A DNA stretch of 64,000 nucleotides, taken from NCBI RefSeq assembly GCF_006345805.1, contig NC_043002.1:33666001-33730000 (forward strand), in the 5' to 3' direction. This DNA is from Octopus sinensis. Its lineage: Eukaryota. Below, one piece after another: positions 27,129 to 39,587 of this stretch. The notes beneath the pieces are model-generated. The model ran no database searches. It saw only the letters and a program-made list of their open reading frames with translations, and was not told where the DNA came from. Numbering within the stretch: the first letter of the stretch is position 1; each line of letters opens with the position of its first letter. Both the position numbers and the translations under genes were made by a program.

Positions 27129-27289
27129 AACCTTGTAGCATACTCTTTCTCTTTTTCTTTCCTTTTCACGATTTCCTGTGATGAGGCACACGACTTGTCT
27201 TTTACTATCGCTCTCCTTTTGCCACTTTCTTTCTCTCTCTCTTTCTCCCTCCCCCCGTCTCTCTCTCTCTCTCTCTTCTCCCTCCCCCC

Positions 27290-27332
<43 letters not shown>

Positions 27333-27639
27333 CTCTCGCACACATACGCACATACACATACATATACACACACTGCTTATTTCTGAATATCTGATTATTA
27401 TGAAATTTAAAATCAAAGTCATTGTGCAATTTCTTTTACTTGTGACCGTCAATGGATTACTGGGGCACCACCTTCAAGGGTTTTGATTGAACGAATCGAC
27501 CATAGTACCTTTTTTTTTTTCAAGCCTGGTACTTATTTAATCAATCTCTTACGCCGAACCGCTATGTTTTGGAGACTTAAACAAACCAACAGCAGTTGTC
27601 AACCTGTGGTGAACAAACAAAAAGAAACACGCACTCGTA

Positions 27640-27925
<286 letters not shown>

Positions 27926-28574
27926 GTGTACACGAGGGGCTTCTTTTCAGTTTTCGTCTACCAAATCCATTTACAAAGCTTTGGTTGGCCCAGAGCTCTA
28001 GCAGGAGACACTTTCGCAAGGCATCACATAAATCCATGTGGCTGGAAATCACGAACCTGGATCCATGCGATTGGAAAAGATGAACCCGTTTCCATGTGGT
28101 TGGAAAACAAACTTCCTACCATAAAGCTATGCTTGTTGCTTATGGTTACATTTTATTTTATTTTATTATTTTTTTATTTTATCTAGTTTCAGCTCACGAG
28201 CTGTGGCCATGCTGGGGCACCGCCATCTGTTTATAAAATTAACAATAAAAACTGATTTTGGAAAACAGAGTTAAACTGAAAAAAAAATAATAAATAAATA
28301 AAATTATGGGTTATTTCCACTCCATAAATTATAACAATACAGAATCTAAAACATTCACGGTGGGTGACTGCGAGGCTGGGGCACTGGAACAGTCGGATTC
28401 TCTCCAGGGCATCATCTGGTGTTTCAGTGAGGTAGAACGTTAGGAATGACAAAAAACATCTTTGTCAGCGGTCTAGTGCCCGACAAACGTCTCAAAAGCC
28501 ACACGTTGAAAATGTAGCTTTCAACAAAATACCAACAAAGTAATTATATTTCAATGTCACATTTTGTTCGGCTA

Positions 28575-28955
28575 TGGATGGAGTAACCTTCCCCTCCGCT
28601 GCAGCTTTTAAAGACGTTTGATGATTCTGATGTATCACTAAGGTCGCGTCTCATGCAAAGCATCTGCTTCTATGAAGCCCAAGGACAAAGAGTGAGTCTC
28701 TCAGTTTTCTTGCCATCATTCCCGAACACTACCCATTGTAATACCAATTGTGGTTGTTAGTAATTATTCTGTTCCCTAGATTTCCTTATGATTCTAGTAT
28801 TTTATTTTCTCTGCTCTAATTCGTTCATATTCTCTACTGAAGTTTTGGATAGGTTGAGACTTTGCAAAACAAATATTTTAATCAACGTAATTAAATGATG
28901 TCATGACAAGAAACATCTACCCTTTTCGATATTCCGTATCACTTATTTTAAACTT
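28575..28955. repeat. Diverged local duplicate of 31095-31865 (empty SINE site)
   Basis: Co-linear similarity over about 380 bp. Confidence 0.85.
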
Positions 28956-28959
28956 AAAA

Positions 28960-29960
28960 CCTATTATCCACGTATGATCATGGTTCCATTCGGTTGTCTG
29001 AATATGCTTCTCCGAGACCACTGTCAAACAAATGATGTGATAACTAATGAACAGATAGGAAGAAAGAAAGAAGTCAGGGGCTGTGCTGAACAGCTCCTCC
29101 TCAAAAAAGCTGTCTTTAAGGAAACCAAGCAGCATTGCTGTAATCCCTTAACAATATGGGTGGACTACAAGAAGGCGCTCGACGCTGTGCCTCACTCATG
29201 GATGAGAAACCCGACACCTCGCCAAAGTACCAGCTTCTATAGTGAATGTTTCTGAAAGACTGGCCACAACATAATCAACATAGTTATCACTAACAACTAC
29301 TAAAGCAGCAACTATTGTTACAAGCAGAATTAAGTTTTCAACAGGCATATTCCAGAGTTGTAGTTAATCTGTAATGTTGTTTGTACTGGTAGCGAACCCC
29401 TTGTCAGCTTTAGCTACATGCTGAGACATGCAGAAAAAAAGTAAAATCAATGTTACCCACACATTTTTTTTTTGATCACCTGGTAATATGATCAACATCA
29501 AGAGACAATTAGAACTAGTTTCAACATTCTCACAAGATAGAGGAATGGAGTTTGAGCAAGATAAATGTTCATACATGATGATCAACCGGGCAATGTTGAT
29601 TTACAACTAACATTAATACAAAAAAATTACCCTACAAAGAATTCCGTAAGATCTAGAGAGATGAGGTCCATGAGAGACGCGGCACCATGCCTTACTGTAT
29701 TGGGTAGCACTAACTATTGTGACGCCACTGGTTGTAGATTGTTCCACAATCTTTGATATATGTAGGATTGTCATTTCAAAAGCGGTACATACCACACACT
29801 TTCTCCTTCCAGCACCCAGCTTATATATACATGAATGCACATAAACAAACTGAAAATCGGGCGATGTCACGGATTAGTAGATCTGTAACTCAAAACGGTA
29901 TACAGGAGAAAGTGTACAATCACTGGAAACTGCAAGAATTAAACGCATTTCAAAATCTGA
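28960..29960 (+). mobile_element. Degraded R4/Dong-clade LINE RT
   Basis: NEQIGRKKEVRGCAEQLLL...IWVDYKKALDAVPHSWM; later FSQDRGMEFEQDKC. Confidence 0.75.
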
Positions 29961-31398
29961 AGAAAGCCAATAATACAACTGCAGTTCTTATTGCAAATAA
30001 GAAGAGGTACTGCATTTGATATATTCGCAAGTGAAACATAAATCGAATTGTTCTGATAAAGAGTTCACCATGAGCATACATAATGTAAATTTGAAACTAG
30101 GTTTACCTTTATTTCTCTTCTTTCTCCCTCTCTCATATACTTCTAATGAACTACGAACAAAAACAAAGAATATTTACAACAGTAGATACTGAGATTCCTT
30201 TTACTTGTTAGTAGCTTGAAACTATAAGCATAGCAATCCTTTGAAAAACGAAGTTTGCTCTTAAGTTGCAAAATATAGCAATAACATCTCAATAAAAAAC
30301 GTGGGGATTTTCATGATATCACATTTCTTTTGAAAAAATGTTTGTCACCAAACTCTTCTGATCCTTTAATTTTGTTCATCGCCAAGAGCAATGATCCTGA
30401 TCAAACTAGTAAATTTATTAATGTAAAGAATATATTTATTAAGTTGATTTAGTTGCTCCCGGAAAACTTGATGCAAACTGCTCCTTTTTAAGAAAGTGAT
30501 GTTTTCCCATATTCATAATGGCAGCAGAACTTTGAATCTTTAACCTATTTTGAATGGGATAAAATCTTTATCTCAGATCGTTATTTTAATTACATCTACT
30601 TCATGTACAGAGCACATTAATCAATAAATACAAATTTTTTTTATTATTTTGTCAGATTGTTTAACAAGAAATTATTAAAATAATAATTGTTTTAATTATT
30701 AGTGACGGAAGCAATATTGATACTAAAACGTAATCTTTATTTGCAACTTAACATGGATACCTTCTTAAAATACCGAATACTGCGTTATTGGCCTTGAGTG
30801 AACCTCTCATATAGGCGCATGGTGCAAAAAAGCACAAACATAGATCATAGCAGACGAGAATCAGTGGAAGGCATCCGGACATCGCATGCCAATCAAACCT
30901 CGCTGCTACAATGTATAAAATATTAACACCTTTTCAGACACTGATGCCGCAAATAGCCGACAGGCTTATTAATAATTAATTATTAGCGACGGAAGTCGTA
31001 TCAATATCAAAAGGTAATCTTTATAGCCGCTCAACGTGGATTACTTGTTTAGACACCGAATACTGCGTTATTAGCCATGCGAGATCCTTTGTTCAGCTTT
31101 GGATGGAGTAACATTCATCTCTGCAGCTTTAAGGACGTTTGGTGAAGCAGTTGAATCACTAATGTGGTGTTTCATACAAAGCATTTGCCTCTAGTCCAAG
31201 GACAAAGAGTGGACCCCTTAGGTTTCTTCCATCATTCCTTAACAATCCCCACCTTAACACTAATTGTGGTTGTTAGTAGTTATTCTGTTCTCTTGATTTC
31301 CTTATGATTCTAGTATTTTGTTATATTCTCTGCTCTAATTCGTTCATATTTTCTGTTGAAGTTTTGGACAGGTTGAGACTTTGCAAAACAAATATTTT

Positions 31399-31808
31399 GA
31401 GTGGCTGTGTGGTAAGTAGCTTGTTAAGTGTGGTAAGTAGCTTCCGGGTTCAGTCCCACTGCATGGCACTTTGGGCAAGTATCTTCTACTATAGCCTCGG
31501 GCCGATCAAAGCCTTGTGGGTGGATTCGGTAGACGGAAACTGAAAGAAGCCTGTCGTATGTATGAATATATATATATATATATACATGTATGTGTTTGTG
31601 TGTCTTTATTTTTACCCCCTCCAACATCGCTTGACAACCGATGCTGGTGTGTTTACGGCCCCGTAACTTAGCGCTTCGACAAAAGAGACCGATAGAATAA
31701 GTACTAGGCTTACAAAGAATAAGTCCTGGGGTCGATTTCCTCGACTAAAGGCGGTGCTTCAGCATGGCCGCAGTCAAATGAGTGAAACAAGTAAAAGAGT
31801 AAAAGAGT
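31399..31808 (+). mobile_element. SINE family A inserted into the duplicated block
   Basis: Absent from the paralogous site at about 28880. Confidence 0.9.
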
Positions 31809-32047
31809 AATCAACGTAATTAAATGATGTTATGACAAGAAACATCTACTCTTTTCGATATTCAGGGTAGATGGTTTCATTTTTTTTAATCTGTATTAGC
31901 CCATTAGTCAACAAAAGATATCCAATACGGCCCACCTGCCAAAAATATCTTGGCAGTATTCCTGTAATAGATATAATTTTTTATAAGCACCACCAGCTCA
32001 AATAATTTCTCCTCTGTCTTCCCTCCTTGGGATCTTTCCTTCTCTTT

Positions 32048-32082
32048 GTTTCCGACGAAGAGCTCCGCTCGAAACGTTAAAC
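32048..32082 (+). ncRNA. Minimal hammerhead-like fold with non-canonical core
   Basis: GTTT-CCGACGA-a-GAGC tcc GCTC-GAAAC-GT-T-AAAC; stems I and II pair fully; U4 replaced by C. Confidence 0.55.
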
Positions 32083-32198
32083 CTTCCTTCCCTTCTTTCC
32101 TGAGCGTCAATAATACTTTAATTGTTCCACGTCCTGCGTTGCTGTGTTTTTTCCCCTTTTTTCTCTTTTTTTCTGTGTTTTCTTGTTTGGATTAACTT

Positions 32199-32230
<32 letters not shown>

Positions 32231-32239
32231 ATATATAAA

Positions 32240-35200
32240 TATATTAAAAATAGGATGTTACATTTGATAGAGATCACATAAAACTTGTCTGAATTGATTC
32301 ACACTCAAATCTTATAAGAAACTAAGTAGAAAAAATACTATATCTCGTATATATAGGGCATATATACAGAAAAAGATGATGTAACAACATTGAGCTACGT
32401 TCAGTAATATGAAAATACTTAGTAAACAAAGACGAATTCATAGCATTTAAATTGTATCGATTTTTATAATTCTCAAATTTCATAAAAACACAGAAAACGG
32501 TCATCGGCCTTTACACATTATCATATTACAAGTGTGAAAGTGAATAGCCAAGTGGTTATGGGGGTTGCAAGAAAATAAAAACATCTAATATAAATTATTA
32601 AAGTTTTAACATACCATAAACTGTTATATTAATATACATTAAAAATGAACTAATTAAAACAAAGAATATCAATAAAGACTAACTATAATTAAAGCCTAGA
32701 CTACATAACCAAAAAATATATTATCTAAACTAATTTAAACTAAACTAAAGTAACCTAATAGGGAACTATTATTGCTATTTATCATGAAACTTATTATATA
32801 GGTAAAATAACTTATGTCTGCATTTTATTTTGCGCTCTTCACCAGTATTAAGTAAATTATCATACTTATAAAATAAAATTTCTTTAAACTCATTAGAGCA
32901 TAAATAACAACAATTAGCTCCTATAGTATATGATTTAGTTTTACAAATTATTTCCCAAATTAAACTATAATTAATATTTAGTGATTTAAGACTCCAATGT
33001 ACTTACTAAGTCCGGTTGAGTTGATTAAGTTTTTATTTTTAAAAGAATTCATATGTTGTGCGATTCTTAGTTTTTTATTTTGAGGAAGTAGAACCTATAT
33101 AAAAACGCTTTTGGTAATTATTATTCTTAAAGTTATTATCATGTAATGTAACTATACATTTATACACTACATCGTTAATATCACAATTATTATTTAATAT
33201 ACAATTAGATTTATCTCTACATGTACAATTAATATAAGTCTTATCATTATTAATATTATTATCAAATAATTTCTTTTTATAAAAATTATTCAGTTTATAT
33301 TTATTAAATGAAGAAATAATGTTACCAACATTATAGTGGTAGAATAACCAACTCCAAAATTATTAAAAGAGAAAATGTTTCTATATTTACGATTATCTCT
33401 AATAAATAGTTCTATAACATCTAAAATCTCTTTAATAATATTCGTTTTTACTTGATCTCCATAAGGAACTATTAACCATATTTTATTCTTAATAACCTTA
33501 TTATTATTATCATTATTATAAATATATTTATAATTCTTTATTTTATTAAAATTATTATCAAAATTATAGCTATGTACAGCATTTAAGGAATTATTAATAT
33601 TATTAATTTTATCAATATAATTATTATAATAATTATTAAATTTATTTTTATTTTTATTATTCTTATTTATATTATTATTATTATTATATTTATTATTATT
33701 ATTATTATTATTTATATTTTTATCATTTTTATTATTTTTTTTATAATATCTATTATTTTTACCACTAAACCTAACAAAATTATAATTATTATTAGAAGTA
33801 TCTCGAAAATTATCAATTAAATCTTTATCACTAATATTATAAAATTAATATTCCTATTATAACCTGCCCCTCTAAGGGCCTCATTATAATAATTAGCATG
33901 TTTATTAAATCTCTATATCATAAGAGAGTAATGAAATACGTTTACTTATATTATTAATCAACGATTTTTTAATAGAAAATGGGTGATTACTATTAACATT
34001 TATATATCTAAGGTTCTCATTAAGTTTATGATATGGTTGTGTTTTACCTGTAATAAGATTAAAATTAACATCTAAATAATTAACATTATAATTCTCCTTA
34101 TATATAGTAATACTTAAACCATATCTTTTAAAGAAACTATATAGTTTTTTCTTATATACTTCTAGATTCCTATTAGTACAATTCTTTGTAACTAGTAGAA
34201 GATCGTCTCTATATAAACCACCCTCTATCTTAAGATTTTCTAATTGGAGTTCAGATAAAAGGAAAATACCTACTAAATCAGTAGCCTGTGCAGAATCTGG
34301 TGCTCCCATAGGTATATCGAAACAATCTCTAGTATCATTCCTAGCCCATAATTTATTTTTATATTTAATTAGCGATTTCCTAGCCATTTTAATTACATTA
34401 ACTTCTTCCCGTGACATACCCACTTTATTCATTGCGAAAATAAGCGCTTTATTAAACACAATTTCATTAATAGAAGAATAATAATTATCTATATCTATTT
34501 GAATAAATTTATAACGATTTTTATCTTTAATATTATTAAACCATTTCAATGTATTTATTACTAAACCATAATTTCAAATAATTAAGTTTATTTAACTTAT
34601 CAATATATTATCTAAAATAAATTTACTTAATTTACCTAGGTCCGATTTACATGGGCAATTAATCTAACTTTAGGGTCTGAATAAAATTATCTTTATGGTC
34701 TTTAAGAGTAATTCTGGGGTGCAAAGGTACATAAGGTTCAGTTTTATTATCCAACTCATATTTTAACATTAATACTTTAGAGGCCTTATTATATTATAAA
34801 GAATATCATCTGGAACAATTTTATATTTTTTAATTATTTCTTTTCCTAATAGTTTATCATATAATTTAACATCTAATTTATATAGGTTCCTTGTTTTATC
34901 AGATTGTACTATAATACCATCCATATTTCTCATATCTTTAATTTTAATTGCTAAATTCCTTAAATATTCATTATTTCTATTTGGGTATTTATGGAATTCA
35001 ATATTTTTTACCACCTTCCATATACTATCTTCAAGTAATTGTAATTCTTTATTAAATGGAGGTTCCTTTCTAGATTTAAATTTAGAGGTAAAATTATCAT
35101 TCCTACTATCAATATCATTAAATAAATAAAAATTATAGTAAAAAGCTTTCCATTTAATTCTAGAAATAAAATCTTTAACATTATTAACAAGTTTCAAGAT

Positions 35201-35245
35201 AAATTCCTTTCTAGAAGGAATAGGAATATATTTCAAAGATGAATC
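32240..35245 (-). mobile_element. Near full-length Naiad-type Penelope-like element (RT plus GIY-YIG); ORF about 35245 to 32775 with about 10 frameshifts
   Basis: SLKYIPIP; RIKWKAF; SDKTRNLY; LKDHKDNF; DIDNYYSSI; FDIPMGA; GLYRDD; SNHP; IWLIVPY; CTCRDKSNC; VVYKC; FYIGST; CCYLC; KCRH; TAG at 32775-32777. Confidence 0.92.
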
Positions 35246-35759
35246 CCAAAACAGCGAGTGAATTGCACAACCAGGGAACGCACACACACACGTGTGCGTA
35301 TTTTGATTGTGCAACTCGCCCATATGCATGTATGCGGGCGCGATTACATTGTTGCACATATCGAGCCCAACTAGCATGCATATGTACATGTGAGGGGGTA
35401 TACGTACATGCCGTGCGCGTGTACCCCCTGCATTTATACCCGTGCGTGAATATACACATGGAGACTACCACACAGGTACAAATGTGTATAGTAATGGGAG
35501 CCCCATCACTACACTCAATGTATACTCTCACCCATCCGCACGGATTGAAAGCGAATCTCCGTGTATATGTTGAGCTTATATGTAGCGCTGTGGAGTTGAA
35601 CGTCGTTGAAATTGTGAATGAATGGGTGGAGTTGGGAATTGTAACCGGGTGGTGGGCTAGCGTTGCTTGGAATTGGGAATGGAATAGTGTAGTAGTAAGG
35701 CAGGTATCGAGAATAGATTTGGGTTACTGCAAGTTGTTTGTTAGAGCTGCTAAGATGAG

Positions 35760-37450
35760 CTAAAGCTCATAATTGTATATAATAATTTATTATGGTAGTT
35801 TTATTAAAGAATCCATTCATAATAAATTTTTTTTAAGTAGTGTTGGTTTGCCACGTGGATATAGTTTTTAGTTCCATTTATTCTATTTCTCCATTCATAA
35901 TTTTAAATGACGTTTACTTTCCATGGCGCGTATTCTTTTTTTACATAAGTTATATTTCTATGGTAACGTAATTTTGGTTTGGTTTTTTTTAACGGCTAAG
36001 AATTTAATTTCACTTCATAATTTGAAACTGACTTGTAAGTATGTATTTTATTTCTCCTTATGTCATATTGTTATTTTTGATATTCTGGTTAATTACGATG
36101 TATTTAATGTTGTTTTTTATTGGAGTGTTTATGTATATGAGATTGTGTGTGAGTTTTTAGTTGTATAATTTATTTATCTGTATGAGTGTGGGTGTGTAAT
36201 ATTGTTGTATATATCGAGTTTAGTGAGTATGTATATGCGTATATGTGAGGGAGTATAAGTATCTGTTGTGTGTGTGTGTTTTGCGTGTGTGTGTGTTTGT
36301 GTGTGAATGTGTATATGGGTTTGTTATTTAGGTTTTGGGATGTATGTGTTAATTTGTCTGTGTGGGGAGGGAGTGGGTTTTTGGTATATATTGAGGTTTA
36401 TAAGTTAGTATAGGTATGTGTATAAGTCGTGGGTCTGTGGTTTACGTGTGTGTTTTTTGTGTGTGAATGTTTAGGTTAGGGGGATTGCTATATAGGTTTG
36501 TTATAGAGTTTAGCAAAGGGAGATTTTATCGTTATATGTTTTTAAGAGTTTTGGTTTATCATGGTTTTTTTAGGGAATTCGTGGTAATTTGTCTATTTTC
36601 GTTGTTGGTTGTTTTATTACATTGTTTCATTCATAATTTTTGAGTGGTGTTCGTTTTGCGACGTGAATATTATTTTTAATTCCATTTATTCCATTTCTCC
36701 ATTCATTATTTTAAAAGATGTTCGTTTCCAGAGCGGTTATACTTTTTATACATATGTTAAGTTCCTTGGTAAAGTAATTTTGTTTGGTGTATATGTTGAG
36801 GCTTATATGTACTTGTGGGTGTGTGTGAGTGGGGTGGGTGTTTGTATTTGTTATGGGTGTGTGGTTTACGTGTGTGTATTTGTGTGTGAATGTATAGGTT
36901 AAAGGGATTGCTATATAAGTATGTTATAGTGTTTAGTAAAGGGAGGTTTTATCATTTATGTTTTGTGAGTTTTAGCTTATCATGGTAGTTTTATAAAAGA
37001 ATCTATTCATAATTTTTGTGTTTATTTGTCTGTGTGGGGTTGAGTGGGTTTTGGTAGTGTATGTTGAGGTTTATATGTATGTATAGGTATGTGTAAGTGG
37101 TGTGGGTATTTGTATATGTCGTGGGTGTGTGGTTTACGTGTGTGTATTTGTGTGTGAATGTTTAGGTTAGGGGGATTGCTATATAGGTATGTTATAGAGT
37201 TTAGTAAAGGAGATTTTATCATTATATGTTTTTATGAGTTTTGGTTTATCATGGTAGGTTTGTTAAGGAATTCGTAGTAATTTGTGTCTATTTGCGATGT
37301 CTGTTGTTTTATTGCATTGTTTCATTCATAATTTTTAAGTAGTGTTAGTTTTACCAAGTGAATATAATTTTTAATTCCATTTATTCTATTTCTCCGTTCA
37401 TAATTTTAAGTGATGTCCGTTTTCTAGAGCGTGAATGTGGGTTGTATGTG
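35760..37450. repeat. Diverged tandem block (about 3 partial units) with strong G/T skew on the plus strand
   Basis: TTCCATTTATTC(T/C)ATTTCTCC recurs at about 35870, 36680 and 37375; GGATTGCTATATA at about 36480, 36905 and 37172. Confidence 0.85.
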
Positions 37451-37869
37451 TGTGTGTGTGGGAGTATGAATAAGTATTGTGTTGAAGTATTTAGCTATTT
37501 TATTTATTTATAGTTGCCTAGACGTTTTTATGTGTATGTATAGGGATATATATATAGGGGTGTGATTTAGTGTATGTAGTTAGATATGGTTATATATAAT
37601 TAGGTATATGTGTATGGGTATATATATAGTTTATTATTATATTATTATTATTTTTTTGTTTTGTTTTATATTTTATATTTTATATTTTATATTTTATATT
37701 TAATTGTTGATAGGTTTATTTTAGTTTATATATTGTTTATATATTGATTATATATGGATTATATATAGGTTATATATGGATTATATATTTATATTTATTC
37801 ATTCATACTTTAATTATTTTAAAATTATTATTTTTATATTTTAAAATATTGATATTTTAGATTGGAAGT

Positions 37870-37912
37870 CCACCTGAAGATTGTCGATCAATACAAGAAA
37901 CAATTGTAGTGG
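37870..37912 (+). ncRNA. Type I hammerhead ribozyme fold
   Basis: CCAC-CTGAAGA-TTGT..ACAA-GAAAC-AATT-GTA-GTGG; downstream terminus homologous to the 13.5-14.1 kb element. Confidence 0.8.
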
Positions 37913-38084
37913 CGGTTTTTTTGACTATTTATTAAAATTTTATGTATTGATTAAGTCTTTCCTTGTTTGTTTTGCAAAATAGTGGTTTTGTCTCTAATAA
38001 TATTTTATAATATTTTACTATAAAATTGGATTTAATCCTAAATCTGATTTTTTCCCTGTAAATTTGGATTTATTCCCTAATATT

Positions 38085-38087
38085 TAT

Positions 38088-38132
<45 letters not shown>

Positions 38133-38178
38133 CATACATACATACATACATACATGCATACATACATACATACATACA

Positions 38179-38210
<32 letters not shown>

Positions 38211-38255
38211 CACACACACACACACATACATACATACATACATACATACATACAT
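38085..38255. repeat. (TA)n/(TACA)n compound microsatellite
   Basis: Visible directly. Confidence 0.95.
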
Positions 38256-38257
38256 TT

Positions 38258-38430
38258 ATGAAGGCACCGTGGACTCTATATTCACTAAGGACACGGTTTC
38301 GACGACGAAATACGTGGGCCTTACAGAGGGTAATTTCAAGACCAGGTTCAACAATCACCCTTTGAGCTTCAGGCACTGGGATAAAAGGAAAACGACCAAA
38401 TTATCCAGTCATATATGGTCCTTATAATGT
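38258..38430 (+). mobile_element. Naiad-type GIY-YIG endonuclease fragment
   Basis: TKYVGLTEGNFKTRFNNHPLSFRHWDKRKTTKLSSHIWSL*. Confidence 0.85.
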
Positions 38431-38639
38431 AACGTTTTGTAATTTTGTTTCAAATTGAAAGTGTGAAACTATTTTCACTTTCTAATGAAACCTGGTTGCT
38501 GTAGAGCAGTGGCTTTCAAATAACTAAAGCTGGTTGTCGAGATAACGTAGAAAATATATTGATGAAAATCACATTTATTTGGCAGCCGAAAAATTACTGA
38601 ATCTTTTGATACAGCTATTTGACGCCTAGCCAAAACATC

Positions 38640-38790
38640 TTAGGGATCTCCATGGAGTGGGGGTAGATGTTTTCAAGAAACAACTTGACTTCTTGCTATC
38701 GAAGATCCCAGATGAACCAATATCAAGGCAGCAGTGTCGAACTCCCTCCTTTGCCAAATGCCAATCAAATAGAATTGGCCAATTAAAAAG
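38640..38790 (+). mobile_element. LINE 3' end fragment (CR1/L2 group)
   Basis: VDVFKKQLDFLLSKIPDEP. Confidence 0.6.
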
Positions 38791-39587
38791 TGATTACACT
38801 AGCAGGGCCCCAGCATGGCTACAAGCCTTAGGGCTGAAGCATATAATAGAATAATAAAATAATATGTATGTATTTATGTGTACGTGTCTTCGTATCTGTG
38901 TTTGTCCCCCACCCACCCCCACTATACTTGATATCCGTTGTGGGTGTGTTTACGTCCTCGTAACTTAACGGTTCGGTAAAAGGGAACGATAGACTACGTA
39001 CTAGGCTTACAAAGAATAAGTTTAGGGGTTGATTACTTCAACTAAAATCCTGAAAGTAAAATGACTGAAACAAATAAAAGAATAAAAGAATATATAGCAT
39101 ATTATGATGACCTACACATGTTTCGTTGCAGCAAAACCGTGCATTGTTGTCGGTGCAGCTTCACCAAAATCCATCCATTTGGTCATCCTCGGAATGAACT
39201 GATTGAAGTAAATTTTTGTTAGTTGGTGTTCTGGGGGAGGTGAGGTGTTATCTATCGGTATGTGTTGGTGACTTCAAATTCACACCAGTCGCTGTCCGAA
39301 GTTAGGGCTGGGTATAAAATAGGACAAGGTTGAGATTATTGTTTTTGTAAGGGTTTTTTGTTCATTTTAATGGTTGTGTGTGCTTTATTTTTGATTTCAA
39401 GTGTAGTGCTTGTGGTGAAGAATTCATATTTGTTTATATATTCATGTTTGGAAGTTGAGCTGCTCACAATTTGCGCTATACATAGGGTAGCATTTGTTTT
39501 TGTTTAGTTTTTTTTATTGAATATTTTTATATGTTTAGGTTATGTTATTCCATGTTGTATCAAGCTCAATTGTTGTTGGGACGTTGG

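Noticed and set aside
32470-32510. CCGATGA...GAAA in the Naiad 1 3' region
   Set aside because: No stem II or stem I pairing.
32775-33240. Selenocysteine (TGA) recoding in the Naiad Cys motifs
   Set aside because: Some Naiads are reported to be selenoproteins, but every conserved Cys codon read here and in Naiad 2 is TGT or TGC.
39105-39170. Minus-strand hammerhead downstream of Naiad 2 (GAAAC-ATGT-GTA)
   Set aside because: Core reads GTGAAGC and stem I does not pair; at best a decayed relic.
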